Both the position numbers and the translations under genes were made by a program. Under the pieces are notes generated by a model. It saw only the letters and a list, made by a program, of their open reading frames with translations, made no database searches and was not told the origin of the DNA. From Candidatus Acidiferrales bacterium (GTDB lineage: Bacteria; Acidobacteriota; Terriglobia; Terriglobales; Acidobacteriaceae): a DNA stretch of 64,000 nt. Each line of letters starts with the position of its first letter. Within the stretch, counting starts at the first letter, position 1. Where the stretch lies: assembly GCA_035507635.1 (NCBI GenBank), contig DATJOA010000057.1:40372-104371 (forward strand), in the 5' to 3' direction. Positions 26,318 to 35,798 of this stretch are shown piece by piece.

Positions 26318-29128
26318 CTAATCGCCGTCGCCCGCCGGAAACACTGTATGCCGAGGCTTTGGCTGCGGGGTCGAGCCTTTCTCATCCTGCCACAACACGC
26401 GATTCAGCTTGGTTGCGCCGGCCGCATCGGGACGCGAGAAATCCATCTTCATCGAAATGTTCGCCCCGGGAGCATCTCGGCGATTCCTTTCGTAGATTAG
26501 TCCGTTTCGTTTGTTCCGGTAGTCGGCTTTGAACGGCGCCTGATCGCCCGAGCCGGAAAACAGTCCGCTCATCAGAGGCGCGTAAGCGTCGTTCAAATTC
26601 ATCGGCGGAAGTCCGAGTAACGCCTCCATGGTGTGAATCACGTTCACGGTCGTGTAGAAGCGATGTTCAACGTTGGGATGTTCCGAAGATCCGGGCGAAT
26701 ATTTGCTGATCACGAATGCGATGGAGCGGTGAGCGTCGACGTGATCCGCCCCGTCCTGCGCGTCGTCTTCGAGAATAAAAATCGCGGTGTCATCCCAGTA
26801 CGGGCTGTGCGAGACGGCCTCAACGACGCGACCGACCGCCAAGTCATTGTCGGCTACATTGGCCGCGGGACGGGCTTTATCAGGACGCGTGCCGCCTGTG
26901 TGGTCGTCGGGCAGGTAAAGCAGGATGAACGACGGCATTTCGAAACGTGGACCTTCATGCTCCTGACGCGCGCGAACGTATGCGCCGAATTCGTTCAGAA
27001 ATTCATCGGCGCGTAACTGGTCGGGATAGTCAGTGTTGAAATCGGGAAAGAGCGGGTCGAAATGGTCTCGTAGATTCGCCTTCGTCGGCTTCACGCCGCT
27101 GAAGAGCGGCACGGACCATGGCCACGGGCTTGAACTGCCATGCGGATCGCCAACATTCGGCGGCAGCGACCCTCCCTGTTCGACGGCGGTCTGAGCGCAC
27201 TCGGCTTCTTGCCCGGATGGGGTTCCCTGCCGCGGATTCGCAGCCTTGCGCTTTTCATTGCACCACTCGGCATTCACGAACTCGCCGTAATCGCGGAAGC
27301 TGACGTTGTTGCGCGCGAGATTGTCCCAGAGAAATCCCGTGGAGGGATCGTCGATGTCGGGCAGATTGTGCTCCAAGGGATATTCTTCGGCATTCTGCCC
27401 CTGAAAATCGTAGGTGCGCTCCTTGCCGCGGTAGGCGATCTGCCAGGTCTTCTCGTTGTAGTCAGACGTGATCGCGGCAGTCGACCACAGGTGGCCGTCG
27501 CCGGAAACTTCTCCGCTGTCGTAGAAATTGTCGAGCACCCCGAACTGTAAGGCGAGCTTGTGTTCGTTGGGCGTGATGTCTTCGCCGTAAAGCGTGAGCG
27601 AAGAATCCCCATCGCCGACCTTCAGGTCACCGAGAATCTGGTCGTAAGTGCGGTTTTCCTTGATGACGTAGATGACGTGCTTGATCGGATTCTGGCCCGA
27701 AGCAAAGCTGATCTTGCCGGGATCGCTGTGGAGAAGATTGTCGCGTTCGACCGTTTCCGTGAGCTGCGGAAGTTTCCCCAAAGTCGACGGGATATTCAGT
27801 CGGGCGATCGATCCGCGCAGCAGAGTGGGGATGTAGGCGTGCTCTTTGTGCTTGGTCTCGTAGACCGTCTTGCCCATCATCTTGTTCGGGCCGGTGCCTT
27901 CGCCCTTGGCAGTGGCGATGAGGAGGTCGTCGCCGTGGACGGCGAGGGCGGAGGGATACCAGTCGGTGGGGATGAAACCTTCAGGCGGGAAGAATCGCGG
28001 ATTACCGGCTAAATATACAAAGCGCGTGTGAAATACCGCTACTGCGTTGGCAGAGGAGTCTCCCACGAATAGTTCTTCCCCATCAGATGAGAGCGCCAGA
28101 GCCTCGGGATCACCGCCAGAGTACTTTTGAGAAGGTTGGTTTGTCGTCAGGTAACGCAGCCCAAACGGATCCAAGGTCGACACAGCCGCCACCTCGTCGA
28201 TGTTTGAGAGCGCGACGTACAGCATGTCTTCCGTTCTGCTCAACAACATTGCTGTCGGATGTGATCCCGGGTCGAGGGGGGCCTCGGGCTTCTTAAGGTC
28301 GACCCGACGAACGACTTTGTCGGTGGTCAGATCCAATTCCACTACTTCCGACGCATTCCACAAACTGCACCACGCGCGGCGCCCGTCTTTCGTGGCCACG
28401 CAGGTATATGGATATGTCGCGGGTACCAGATCACCGGTACTCAGATCGAAGGTGTGGGAAATCTTTCCGGTCCCGGCATCGAGAAGAACGACGTTGTCGG
28501 AGAGATTATTCGCCACGAGCAGTTCGTCATGTCCATGCGCGGCGATCACCGAGATTCCCGCCGGATAAGGAATCGCCATATGCGGAGGCGCTTTCAGACC
28601 TACCGCCAACTTTTTCCCCGGTGGCAATGGCTGCAACGGAATGTGAATGAAACGCTCCGCCTTCACCTTGCCCGCCGCGAAGCTGTACACAGCTATGCCG
28701 TTTCCCATGTCGTTCGGCCTTGTACCTGCCGGGTCCGTCAGCGATCCAACCGATGCATAGAGATGTTTTCCATCAGAACTGAAAGCGAGGCCAACGAAAT
28801 AGCTCTGATGGGCATCGTCGCCGAGGCGCGCATCCGGGAAATCGGCGATCTGATTCGTCTTCAGGTCAAGCACCGCGATGGACTGGTGCGCCATCGTCTC
28901 CTGTGTCCCGTAGCCATCGTTCAGCAATGCGGCGTAGTGACCATCGGGGCTGATCACCATCGTCGCGGGAAAACTATTCGTGCTGCCAATTCGTCCAGGC
29001 GGAGGCACGGTGAGCATTTTGCTCGTGGGCAGCATGACGGGTGATTGATCAGTCGCCGGAGTCTGGGCAGCCACGGATGCGCAGGCGAAGATGACAAACA
29101 GAGAAAGACGAAGAGAAGCAGAATTCAC
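26318..29128 (-). CDS. beta-propeller (YncE-like) + phosphoesterase-family (PlcN/AcpA-type) protein, secreted
   Basis: The C-terminal half carries IKHVIYVIKENRTYDQILGDL, typical of the phosphoesterase family. The N-terminal half has repeated propeller-like segments. GTG at 29128 is preceded by GGAGG and starts a clean signal peptide. The ORF track's TTG at 29191 is the alternative start. Confidence 0.82.
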   Translation of the reverse strand: MNSASLRLSLFVIFACASVAAQTPATDQSPVMLPTSKMLTVPPPGRIGSTNSFPATMVISPDGHYAALLNDGYGTQETMAHQSIAVLDLKTNQIADFPDARLGDDAHQSYFVGLAFSSDGKHLYASVGSLTDPAGTRPNDMGNGIAVYSFAAGKVKAERFIHIPLQPLPPGKKLAVGLKAPPHMAIPYPAGISVIAAHGHDELLVANNLSDNVVLLDAGTGKISHTFDLSTGDLVPATYPYTCVATKDGRRAWCSLWNASEVVELDLTTDKVVRRVDLKKPEAPLDPGSHPTAMLLSRTEDMLYVALSNIDEVAAVSTLDPFGLRYLTTNQPSQKYSGGDPEALALSSDGEELFVGDSSANAVAVFHTRFVYLAGNPRFFPPEGFIPTDWYPSALAVHGDDLLIATAKGEGTGPNKMMGKTVYETKHKEHAYIPTLLRGSIARLNIPSTLGKLPQLTETVERDNLLHSDPGKISFASGQNPIKHVIYVIKENRTYDQILGDLKVGDGDSSLTLYGEDITPNEHKLALQFGVLDNFYDSGEVSGDGHLWSTAAITSDYNEKTWQIAYRGKERTYDFQGQNAEEYPLEHNLPDIDDPSTGFLWDNLARNNVSFRDYGEFVNAEWCNEKRKAANPRQGTPSGQEAECAQTAVEQGGSLPPNVGDPHGSSSPWPWSVPLFSGVKPTKANLRDHFDPLFPDFNTDYPDQLRADEFLNEFGAYVRARQEHEGPRFEMPSFILLYLPDDHTGGTRPDKARPAANVADNDLAVGRVVEAVSHSPYWDDTAIFILEDDAQDGADHVDAHRSIAFVISKYSPGSSEHPNVEHRFYTTVNVIHTMEALLGLPPMNLNDAYAPLMSGLFSGSGDQAPFKADYRNKRNGLIYERNRRDAPGANISMKMDFSRPDAAGATKLNRVLWQDEKGSTPQPKPRHTVFPAGDGD

Positions 29129-29237
29129 GGGACCTCCGGGAAAGAATGACGAGAGAAAACGAGCGTAATGCAAGGGACGGTTGGCGGTCAAAGCCTCGTG
29201 TCTAACCGGACAGCGCGAATGCTGTCGGCAGAAAGCA

Positions 29238-29262
29238 GATTCCTCGCCTCGCTCGGAATGAC
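29238..29262 (-). repeat. REP-like GC-rich intergenic repeat, copy 4 (short form)
   Basis: The rc reads GTCATTCCGAGCGAGGCGAGGAATC. It lies between the phoU stop and the phosphoesterase start. Confidence 0.55.
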
Positions 29263-29280
29263 AAACGCTAAAAGGTATTT

Positions 29281-29991
29281 CTACAAGCCCGAGGCGCGGC
29301 TGGTGGGGCGCTCCGTGTCCTGAATCGGCTCTTCCGGATGCACGTTGTGGCGAACGTCCGAGCCCTGCACCCAGAAGATGACATCTTCAGCAATGTTGGT
29401 GGCGTGGTCGGCGACGCGCTCGAGGTTGCGGGCTACCAGCAGCGCATCAAGCGCTTGCCGGACAATCTCAGGACGGTCGTTCATCGTCTTAACGAGTTGG
29501 ATGAACGCATCGTCGCGCATGCGATCGATCACGTTATCCATTTCGAGGACAGCCTGGGCGAGTTCGACCTTGCCTTCGATGAATGACTCGAGAGCACGGC
29601 GCACCATCGCGCTCACGGCCGTGCCCATGCGACCAATGTCGACCGGGAGATCAGCGGTAGGAAGTTCGACCATATCCATCACGCGCTCGGCGATGTTGAC
29701 CGCCTGATCGCCCACTCGCTCCAGATCGGAATTGATCTTTGTAACCGCGAGGATGAAGCGCAGATCGACCGCCATCGGCTGCTGCATCGCTAGCAGGTCG
29801 AAGGCAGACTCGTCGATTTCGCGCTCGGCGATGTTGATCAGGTTCTCGCCTTCCAGAACCATTTGGCAGCGGGTGAGATCGCGCTCAACATAGGCCTGGC
29901 GGGCGCGGTCCACCGCCTGCTCCGCGAGTCCTCCCATGCGAAGCAACCGTTGCCGTAGATCGTCAAGCCCTTGCTGAAAGCGCGTGCGCAT
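29281..29991 (-). CDS. phoU: phosphate signalling complex protein PhoU
   Basis: Two PhoU repeats with the E/DxxxD motifs (AEREIDESAFD, NLERVADHATNIAEDV). It lies directly downstream of pstB. Confidence 0.92.
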   Translation of the reverse strand: MRTRFQQGLDDLRQRLLRMGGLAEQAVDRARQAYVERDLTRCQMVLEGENLINIAEREIDESAFDLLAMQQPMAVDLRFILAVTKINSDLERVGDQAVNIAERVMDMVELPTADLPVDIGRMGTAVSAMVRRALESFIEGKVELAQAVLEMDNVIDRMRDDAFIQLVKTMNDRPEIVRQALDALLVARNLERVADHATNIAEDVIFWVQGSDVRHNVHPEEPIQDTERPTSRASGL

Positions 29992-30019
29992 TTACGAACC
30001 TTCCTTGTCCGGTCGTTCT

Positions 30020-30778
30020 CTATCCGAATCTGCCGGTGATATAGTCTTCCGTTTTTTTGTCCGACGGCTTGGTGAAAATTTTCTCCGTCTTGTCGAACTC
30101 GATCATCTTGCCCAGCAGGAAAAACCCTGTGAATTCGGCTACTCGCGCCGCCTGCTGCATGTTGTGAGTGACAATGACGATGGTATACCGCTCTTTGAGC
30201 TGGAAGATCAACTCTTCAATTTTGCCGGTAGAGATTGGGTCGAGAGCCGAGCAGGGCTCGTCCATCAGCAGCACTTCCGGTTCAACAGCGAGCGCTCGCG
30301 CGATGCAGAGACGCTGCTGTTGGCCTCCGGAAAGGCTGGCGCCGGATTTCTTGTGGAGGTGATCTTTGGCTTCATCCCAGAGCGCGGACACTTGCAGAGA
30401 ACGCTCGACAATTTCATCTATCTTACGACGGTCATGAAAGCCGTTCAGCTTCAATCCGGAAGCGACATTGTCGTAGATCGACATGGTCGGGAAAGGATTG
30501 GGCTTCTGAAATACCATACCGACGCGCCGGCGCAACTGGGTCGGCGAGGTCCCGTTGTAGACATCGATTTCCCCGATGCGGATCCGGCCCTGCACGTGCG
30601 CTTCGGGAATCGTCTCGTGCATGCGATTGATGCAGCGGATAAACGTGGATTTGCCGCATCCCGAAGGACCGATCAGCGCTGTAGCATGATTTGCCGCAAT
30701 CTTCAGATTGATGTCGTAGAGAGCCTGACTCTTGCCATACCATGCATTCAGGTTCTCGACCTGGATTCCGACTCCCAT
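30020..30778 (-). CDS. pstB: phosphate ABC transporter ATP-binding protein PstB
   Basis: Walker [10 protein letters not shown], signature LSGGQQQR, Walker B LLMDEP. ATG 30778 lies 4 nt after the pstA stop (the longest ORF reaches 30844, inside pstA). Confidence 0.95.
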   Translation of the reverse strand: MGVGIQVENLNAWYGKSQALYDINLKIAANHATALIGPSGCGKSTFIRCINRMHETIPEAHVQGRIRIGEIDVYNGTSPTQLRRRVGMVFQKPNPFPTMSIYDNVASGLKLNGFHDRRKIDEIVERSLQVSALWDEAKDHLHKKSGASLSGGQQQRLCIARALAVEPEVLLMDEPCSALDPISTGKIEELIFQLKERYTIVIVTHNMQQAARVAEFTGFFLLGKMIEFDKTEKIFTKPSDKKTEDYITGRFG

Positions 30779-30782
30779 AGAA

Positions 30783-31661
30783 TTAAGCCGTTCCGAACGA
30801 TCCGCGGCGAACGACGTAACGCACAGCCGCGACCGCACCCACAATCAGGATAATCAGCACCAGCGACCCGGCCCACGCCTGGCGGTGCCAGTCGTCGTAG
30901 GGAGAATTCGCGTAGACAAAGATCTGCAGCGGCAAAGCCGCAATGGGCTGGTCGTAACGCAAGCTCCAGAACGTATTGCCGAATGCCGTAAATAGCAGCG
31001 GAGCCGTTTCTCCCGCGACCCGCGCAAAGGCGAGCATGATTCCGGTAATGACTCCGGAGGTTGCCGTCCGCAGCGTAATCGACAGTGTCGTGCGCCAGCG
31101 CGGAACACCCAAGCCATAAGCCGCTTCCCGCAACGCCTGCGGAACGAGCAGAAGCATCTCTTCCGTCGTGCGCGTGATGGTCGGCACCATCATGATGGCG
31201 AGAGCCACACCGCCGGCAAGAGCCGAAAAGTGTCCTTGATGGACCACGACGATCGCGTAGCCGACAATGCCCATCACGATCGAAGGAACTCCATTCAACA
31301 CGTCAGCCGTGAAGCGAATGGCGCTGCCGAAGCGGTTGCGCCCATATTCGGCAAGATAGATGCCGGCTCCAACTCCGAATGGAACGCCGATCAAGCTGGC
31401 GATACCGAGGATGATGATCGATCCGACGATGGCATTCGCCATTCCGCCGCCCGCTTCGCCGACCGGCTTCGGAGTTTGCGTGAGAAAGGCCCAGTTGATC
31501 GACCCGATGCCGCGGTAGACGAGATACCCGAAAATCGCGACAAGTGGCGCTAACACGATGAAGACCGTGCCAACCGCAGCCGCGGTCATTGCCTTGTCGG
31601 TAATGCGGCGTCGCAGACTTATGGGCCCGATGGTTTGGAGAGAGACAGCGGCTTCAGACAT
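30783..31661 (-). CDS. pstA: phosphate ABC transporter permease PstA
   Basis: Polytopic permease containing the EAA-like loop (REAAYGLG). ATG 31661 overlaps the pstC stop (ATGTCTGA). The alternative upstream ATG is at 31682. Confidence 0.9.
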   Translation of the reverse strand: MSEAAVSLQTIGPISLRRRITDKAMTAAAVGTVFIVLAPLVAIFGYLVYRGIGSINWAFLTQTPKPVGEAGGGMANAIVGSIIILGIASLIGVPFGVGAGIYLAEYGRNRFGSAIRFTADVLNGVPSIVMGIVGYAIVVVHQGHFSALAGGVALAIMMVPTITRTTEEMLLLVPQALREAAYGLGVPRWRTTLSITLRTATSGVITGIMLAFARVAGETAPLLFTAFGNTFWSLRYDQPIAALPLQIFVYANSPYDDWHRQAWAGSLVLIILIVGAVAAVRYVVRRGSFGTA

Positions 31662-32688
31662 GTCCCCTCGCAGGCTGGCCACGAGTCACGGTCCAGACCA
31701 ACAATTGGGCCAGGGCATTCACGATGATCGTCACGATGAAGAGCGCCAGGCCAATTTCGATCAGGGCAGAGCGGTAGACGTCGCCGGTAGCCTCGCTGAA
31801 TTCATTCGCCAGAACGCTGGCCATGCTGTACCCGGAAGCAAACAGTGATTTTGAAATTTGCGGCGTGTTGCCGATGACCATGGTGACGGCCATGGTTTCG
31901 CCAAGGGCGCGTCCAAGCCCGAGAATGATACCGCCGACAATTCCAGCGCGCGCGTTGCGGAGTACGCCGACCCGGATCATCTCCCAGCGCGTGGCCCCTA
32001 ATGCGAGGACGCCTTCCCGCTGGTTCTGTGGAACGACATTCAACACCTCGCGCGTAATCGAGGAAATGATCGGGATGATCATAATCGCGAGGATAACTCC
32101 GGCGGCCAACATGCCGATGCCATAGGGTGGTCCGGAAAATAGCCCTGTCCAGCCGAAAGTCGTCGCCAGGAACGGCTCCACATAGTTCCGCAAGATCGGA
32201 ACCAGGACGAACATGGCCCACAGTCCGTAGATCACGCTGGGTATCGCAGCCAGCAGCTCAACGAAGAACGACAAAGGTCCCCGCAGCGCTTTTGGGCACA
32301 TTTCGGTGGTGAATACGGCGACGCCCACTGCCAAGGGCACGGCAATCACTAACGCTACAAGCGACGACATGAGCGTGCCATAGATGAACGGCAGAGCTCC
32401 AAACTGTTCGCTAACCGGATCCCAGTCGCTGCCGGCGAAGAACTTGAGCCCGAAGGCATGCCAAGAAAGCGTCGACTGGGATGCCAGCTCGTAAACGATG
32501 AGTACGAGGACAGCCAGAACTGCCAAGCCGCAGGCAGTGATGAGGGACTTGAAAACGCGATCGGGAGTCTCGCCCCCGGAGAAATGCAAAAGGGGGGCTG
32601 GCCTGGCTACCGTAACCTGATTAACTGTCGTCGCATCAACGGGTTGCGGTCCAGGCATATCAGGCCGTGAGAATGCTGGGTTGGCCAT
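31654..32688 (-). CDS. pstC: phosphate ABC transporter permease PstC
   Basis: Polytopic permease with the loop REGVLALGATRWE. It is the first gene of the pstCAB-phoU block. Confidence 0.9.
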   Translation of the reverse strand: MANPAFSRPDMPGPQPVDATTVNQVTVARPAPLLHFSGGETPDRVFKSLITACGLAVLAVLVLIVYELASQSTLSWHAFGLKFFAGSDWDPVSEQFGALPFIYGTLMSSLVALVIAVPLAVGVAVFTTEMCPKALRGPLSFFVELLAAIPSVIYGLWAMFVLVPILRNYVEPFLATTFGWTGLFSGPPYGIGMLAAGVILAIMIIPIISSITREVLNVVPQNQREGVLALGATRWEMIRVGVLRNARAGIVGGIILGLGRALGETMAVTMVIGNTPQISKSLFASGYSMASVLANEFSEATGDVYRSALIEIGLALFIVTIIVNALAQLLVWTVTRGQPARGHV

Positions 32689-32711
32689 CGACCCTACGGT
32701 AGCAGAGGCTT

Positions 32712-32728
32712 GTTACAACGGTGTTAAA
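32712..32728 (-). promoter_or_regulatory. Pho-box-like direct repeat (GTTACA-n5-GTTAAA, 11-bp phase) in the pstC / CHAD-ppx divergent region
   Basis: The hexamers are the same as in the pstS upstream array and have the same orientation relative to the minus-strand gene. The proximal repeat ends only 23 nt from the pstC ATG. Confidence 0.5.
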
Positions 32729-32850
32729 ATGGCTTAGCTTTTCGGCAACTCCCAAGTTCCCCCGATTACCCCTTCCTGCTGAGGATTAGAGCAGCTCTTG
32801 GTGCTTTGATCGGCGCCTGAGTCCGGCTCATTAGCGAGTGACAGGTTTTT

Positions 32851-33702
32851 ATGGCGAATGCAATTAAGCCGGCGAAGTTCATTTTCCGAAAAATGGAACG
32901 GGAGCTTGCGCGGCTAGAGTCGGACCAACAGCCGGAGGCTGTCCACAGCTTCCGAAATACCTCCCGGAGATTTGAGACGCTACTGGAGCAAATCGTGTGC
33001 GTCAGCGGCCGAAATCAGGAAAAACTGCTCAAACTGTTGAGCCGGATTCGAAGACGAGCCGGCCACGTCCGGGATGCGGACGTCCAACTGGCCGCCCTGC
33101 GCAGCCTTAAAGTTCCCCTTGAACCCCGTCGCAAGACGCAGCTCACCCACTCCCTCATCGAGCTTCGCGAACACCATGAGAGAAAACTTCGCAAACTACT
33201 GAAGAAACGAGTAGTCTGCCAGATCCGCAAGCGGATCAAACGCGCCATGGAAACGTCAAGATTAGCCAAAGGTCGCGATCCGCTGGCAGTCGCCCGGCAG
33301 ATTCTCGCAGTCGTCCCCGTCTCTCCTGGGCAGGTGAATGAGGACGTGCTGCATCGCTACCGAATTGCAGTAAAGCGCGCGCGTTATGCGGCGGAGTTCG
33401 CTCCCAAAACTCCCGAGAGCACACGTTTCATTGCTCAACTGAAGCATATGCAGGACGCACTGGGAAACTGGCATGACTGGTTCACGCTGACACAAAGTGC
33501 AACCCAAGCGCTCGGGGAGATCAATCAGTCTTCGCTGGTCGCCGCCTTGCACAACGTAACGCGAGGAAAGTTCAGAAACGCCGTGAACACGCTCAACGCT
33601 GGGAAAGAACATGGCGGAGAACGAAGTCTTGCGATGGCCGGCTCCCACAAGCTGGTCGGTAAGAGCTCCGCAACGTCCGCTCACGCTCAGGCTGCCGCTT
33701 AG
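32851..33702 (+). CDS. CHAD domain-containing protein
   Basis: Conserved-His/Arg helical pattern (AVHSFRNTSRRFETLLE, HRYRIAVKRARYAAEF, LGNWHD). It lies upstream of ppx. Confidence 0.8.
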   Translation: MANAIKPAKFIFRKMERELARLESDQQPEAVHSFRNTSRRFETLLEQIVCVSGRNQEKLLKLLSRIRRRAGHVRDADVQLAALRSLKVPLEPRRKTQLTHSLIELREHHERKLRKLLKKRVVCQIRKRIKRAMETSRLAKGRDPLAVARQILAVVPVSPGQVNEDVLHRYRIAVKRARYAAEFAPKTPESTRFIAQLKHMQDALGNWHDWFTLTQSATQALGEINQSSLVAALHNVTRGKFRNAVNTLNAGKEHGGERSLAMAGSHKLVGKSSATSAHAQAAA

Positions 33703-33769
33703 CTCCCCGCTTTTCTAATCCCTCCAGATTCCAAACGGCGGTGACGCGCTTCCCTTCCGCATGTAAACT

Positions 33770-35311
33770 GTGGGGCTTCCTATGCCTACGTTCGCAGCAG
33801 TCGATATCGGCTCCAATTCGGTACGATTGAAAGTGGCCCGCTTGCAAGGCGGACGGCTCCGCCCTCTGCACGAGGATCGCGAAGTCACTCGGCTCGGCGA
33901 GGGAGTATTCGGCTCCGGCTTCCTCACGCCCGATTCCATGGCTGAGACAGTTAAGGTGCTGCGGCGATTTCACCGCGCGACTCAGCAAATCGTGACGGAC
34001 TCGGTGCGCGTGGTTGCCACCAGCGCTCTGCGCGATGCGCGCAATTCGCAGGCATTTCTGGAGTGGGTGCGTTCGGCCACCGGCTGGCGCGTGGAAATCA
34101 TCTCGGGAGTGGAAGAAGCGCGGCTCATTCACTTAGGGCTGATATCGGGCCCCCGGATCGATCGGGCTCCCGCTCTCCTTTTGGACCTCGGGGGCGGCAG
34201 TTGCGAGCTGACCATCACCCACGGCGGACACATTCGCGACGCGGTCAGTCTCCCCCTTGGAGCGGTCCGTTTGACGAACGAATTTCTCCGGCACGACCCG
34301 CCGCGCAAAGGCGAACTCAAGCGCTTGCGAGGATTCATCACCCGCGAGGTGAATCGTATTGTCGCCCGCATCGCGACTGCAAAGGTGAAGAATGTAATCG
34401 CGACCTCCGGAACCGCGGCGGCCCTGGCCGCGGTTGCCAGCCACTTAAAACGCAGCGGAAGCCATCAACGAAATCTAGTATCCCGCACCGAGATGGCCCG
34501 GATCGCCAAGCGGCTGTCACGGCTTCCGGTTGCCGAAAGGCGAAAAATTGAAGGAGTCGGTCCGCGGCGCGCAGAAATTATTGTGGCCGGCGCCAATGTT
34601 TATCACGAACTTGTCGAGCGCCTGCACTTGAAGGGGTTCCGCTTTTCTCCGCTCGGCTTGCGCGATGGAATCCTTGCCCAGATGGCTGCGGATTACGATC
34701 GCAGCACGAGATCGGGCAAGCAGGTCGAGTCGGAGCGCTGGGAATCGATTATGAAAGCGGTCGCGCACTATCAAGTGGACCGCAAGCACGCGCTCGATGT
34801 GCGCGATGCGGCATCGCTTCTATTCTCTGCTTTGCGTTCAGTGCACAGCCTGCCTCCGGAATATCGGGAATGGCTCACCGCAGCGGCCATGCTCTATGAG
34901 GTCGGCGATTACGTGAATCGCAACGGCCGCCATCGCCACACGAATTACATCATCTCCAATTCCGAAATCCTCGGCTACACGCCGCAACAGCGGCGGATCA
35001 TCGCGGCTATCGCTCGTTATCTGGGAAAATCTAAGCCGACGCTGGAAGAGGGGCCGATGAAGATGATCGATCCGGCCGAGCGCGGCAATGTCGAGAAGGC
35101 GATCGTACTGCTACGGCTGGCGCGTGCCCTGAATCTGGGCCGCAGCCGCGCGGTGGATAAGGCGAGGATTGCCGTGCGCTCCGCCGAGGTCAAGATTAGT
35201 CTCGTCCCGCGGCGGCGCATGGGCGTGGACCTTGAACTCTGGGCGATTGAGAAAGAGTGCGATTACTTCCGCGAAGTGTTCGGGCGCGAACTTTCGACGG
35301 CCGTGTCGTAG
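33770..35311 (+). CDS. ppx: exopolyphosphatase (Ppx/GppA family)
   Basis: FAAVDIGSNSVRLKV ASKHA phosphate-1 motif and DLGGGSCEL. The alternative start is ATG 33782. Confidence 0.92.
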   Translation: MGLPMPTFAAVDIGSNSVRLKVARLQGGRLRPLHEDREVTRLGEGVFGSGFLTPDSMAETVKVLRRFHRATQQIVTDSVRVVATSALRDARNSQAFLEWVRSATGWRVEIISGVEEARLIHLGLISGPRIDRAPALLLDLGGGSCELTITHGGHIRDAVSLPLGAVRLTNEFLRHDPPRKGELKRLRGFITREVNRIVARIATAKVKNVIATSGTAAALAAVASHLKRSGSHQRNLVSRTEMARIAKRLSRLPVAERRKIEGVGPRRAEIIVAGANVYHELVERLHLKGFRFSPLGLRDGILAQMAADYDRSTRSGKQVESERWESIMKAVAHYQVDRKHALDVRDAASLLFSALRSVHSLPPEYREWLTAAAMLYEVGDYVNRNGRHRHTNYIISNSEILGYTPQQRRIIAAIARYLGKSKPTLEEGPMKMIDPAERGNVEKAIVLLRLARALNLGRSRAVDKARIAVRSAEVKISLVPRRRMGVDLELWAIEKECDYFREVFGRELSTAVS

Positions 35312-35793
35312 AGCGTCCGCAGGACTTTTGGCGTAAGGCACCACTGCAAAGTCCCCAGCGTGCGCCGCATCTCGACCTTGGCCACCGCACCCTTCTTTAA
35401 TTCGGTCGACGCCTCGCAGCCGGAGTCGCAGATCACTGCTCCCAAAAACTGGCTCAGGTTAGGATTATGTCCGACAACCAAGATGGCTTCCTGTTTCGAA
35501 TATTTTTCAAGAAGCCGGCGAAAGTCGGCGAGTCCGGCTCCAGGACGGAGCGCATTGTCGGTCTGCAGCTTGCCTTCATAGCCGAGTTCATTTCCGACCA
35601 GCGACGCGGTCTGAGTGCATCGCTTCAAGGGGCTTGAAATAATCGCGTCCACCTGGACATTCAGCGCGGCCAGCGCGCGTCCGATGAATCCGCATTGTTC
35701 GATGCCCTCTTTGTCGAGTGCTCGCTTTTCGTCTTTCTTGGGATTGGCTACGTGTTCGCCCGCGCTGGCGTGACGTAGGAAATAGAGAATCAT
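35263..35793 (-). CDS. sixA: SixA-type phosphohistidine phosphatase (histidine phosphatase superfamily)
   Basis: LRHASAG (RHG-type motif) and VVGHNPNL. The start lies 5 nt after the ppk1 stop, with GGAAGGA as the RBS. The 3' end overlaps the ppx 3' end by 49 nt. Confidence 0.8.
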   Translation of the reverse strand: MILYFLRHASAGEHVANPKKDEKRALDKEGIEQCGFIGRALAALNVQVDAIISSPLKRCTQTASLVGNELGYEGKLQTDNALRPGAGLADFRRLLEKYSKQEAILVVGHNPNLSQFLGAVICDSGCEASTELKKGAVAKVEMRRTLGTLQWCLTPKVLRTLYDTAVESSRPNTSRK

Positions 35794-35798
35794 GGCGG

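Noticed and set aside
29129-29280. Search for phased Pho-box hexamers upstream of the phosphoesterase gene (and likewise upstream of ppk1, 37965-38110).
   Set aside because: Only isolated hexamer-like words occur (ATGACA, GCTAAA at a 9-bp offset; GGTAAC). None are in 11-bp phase.
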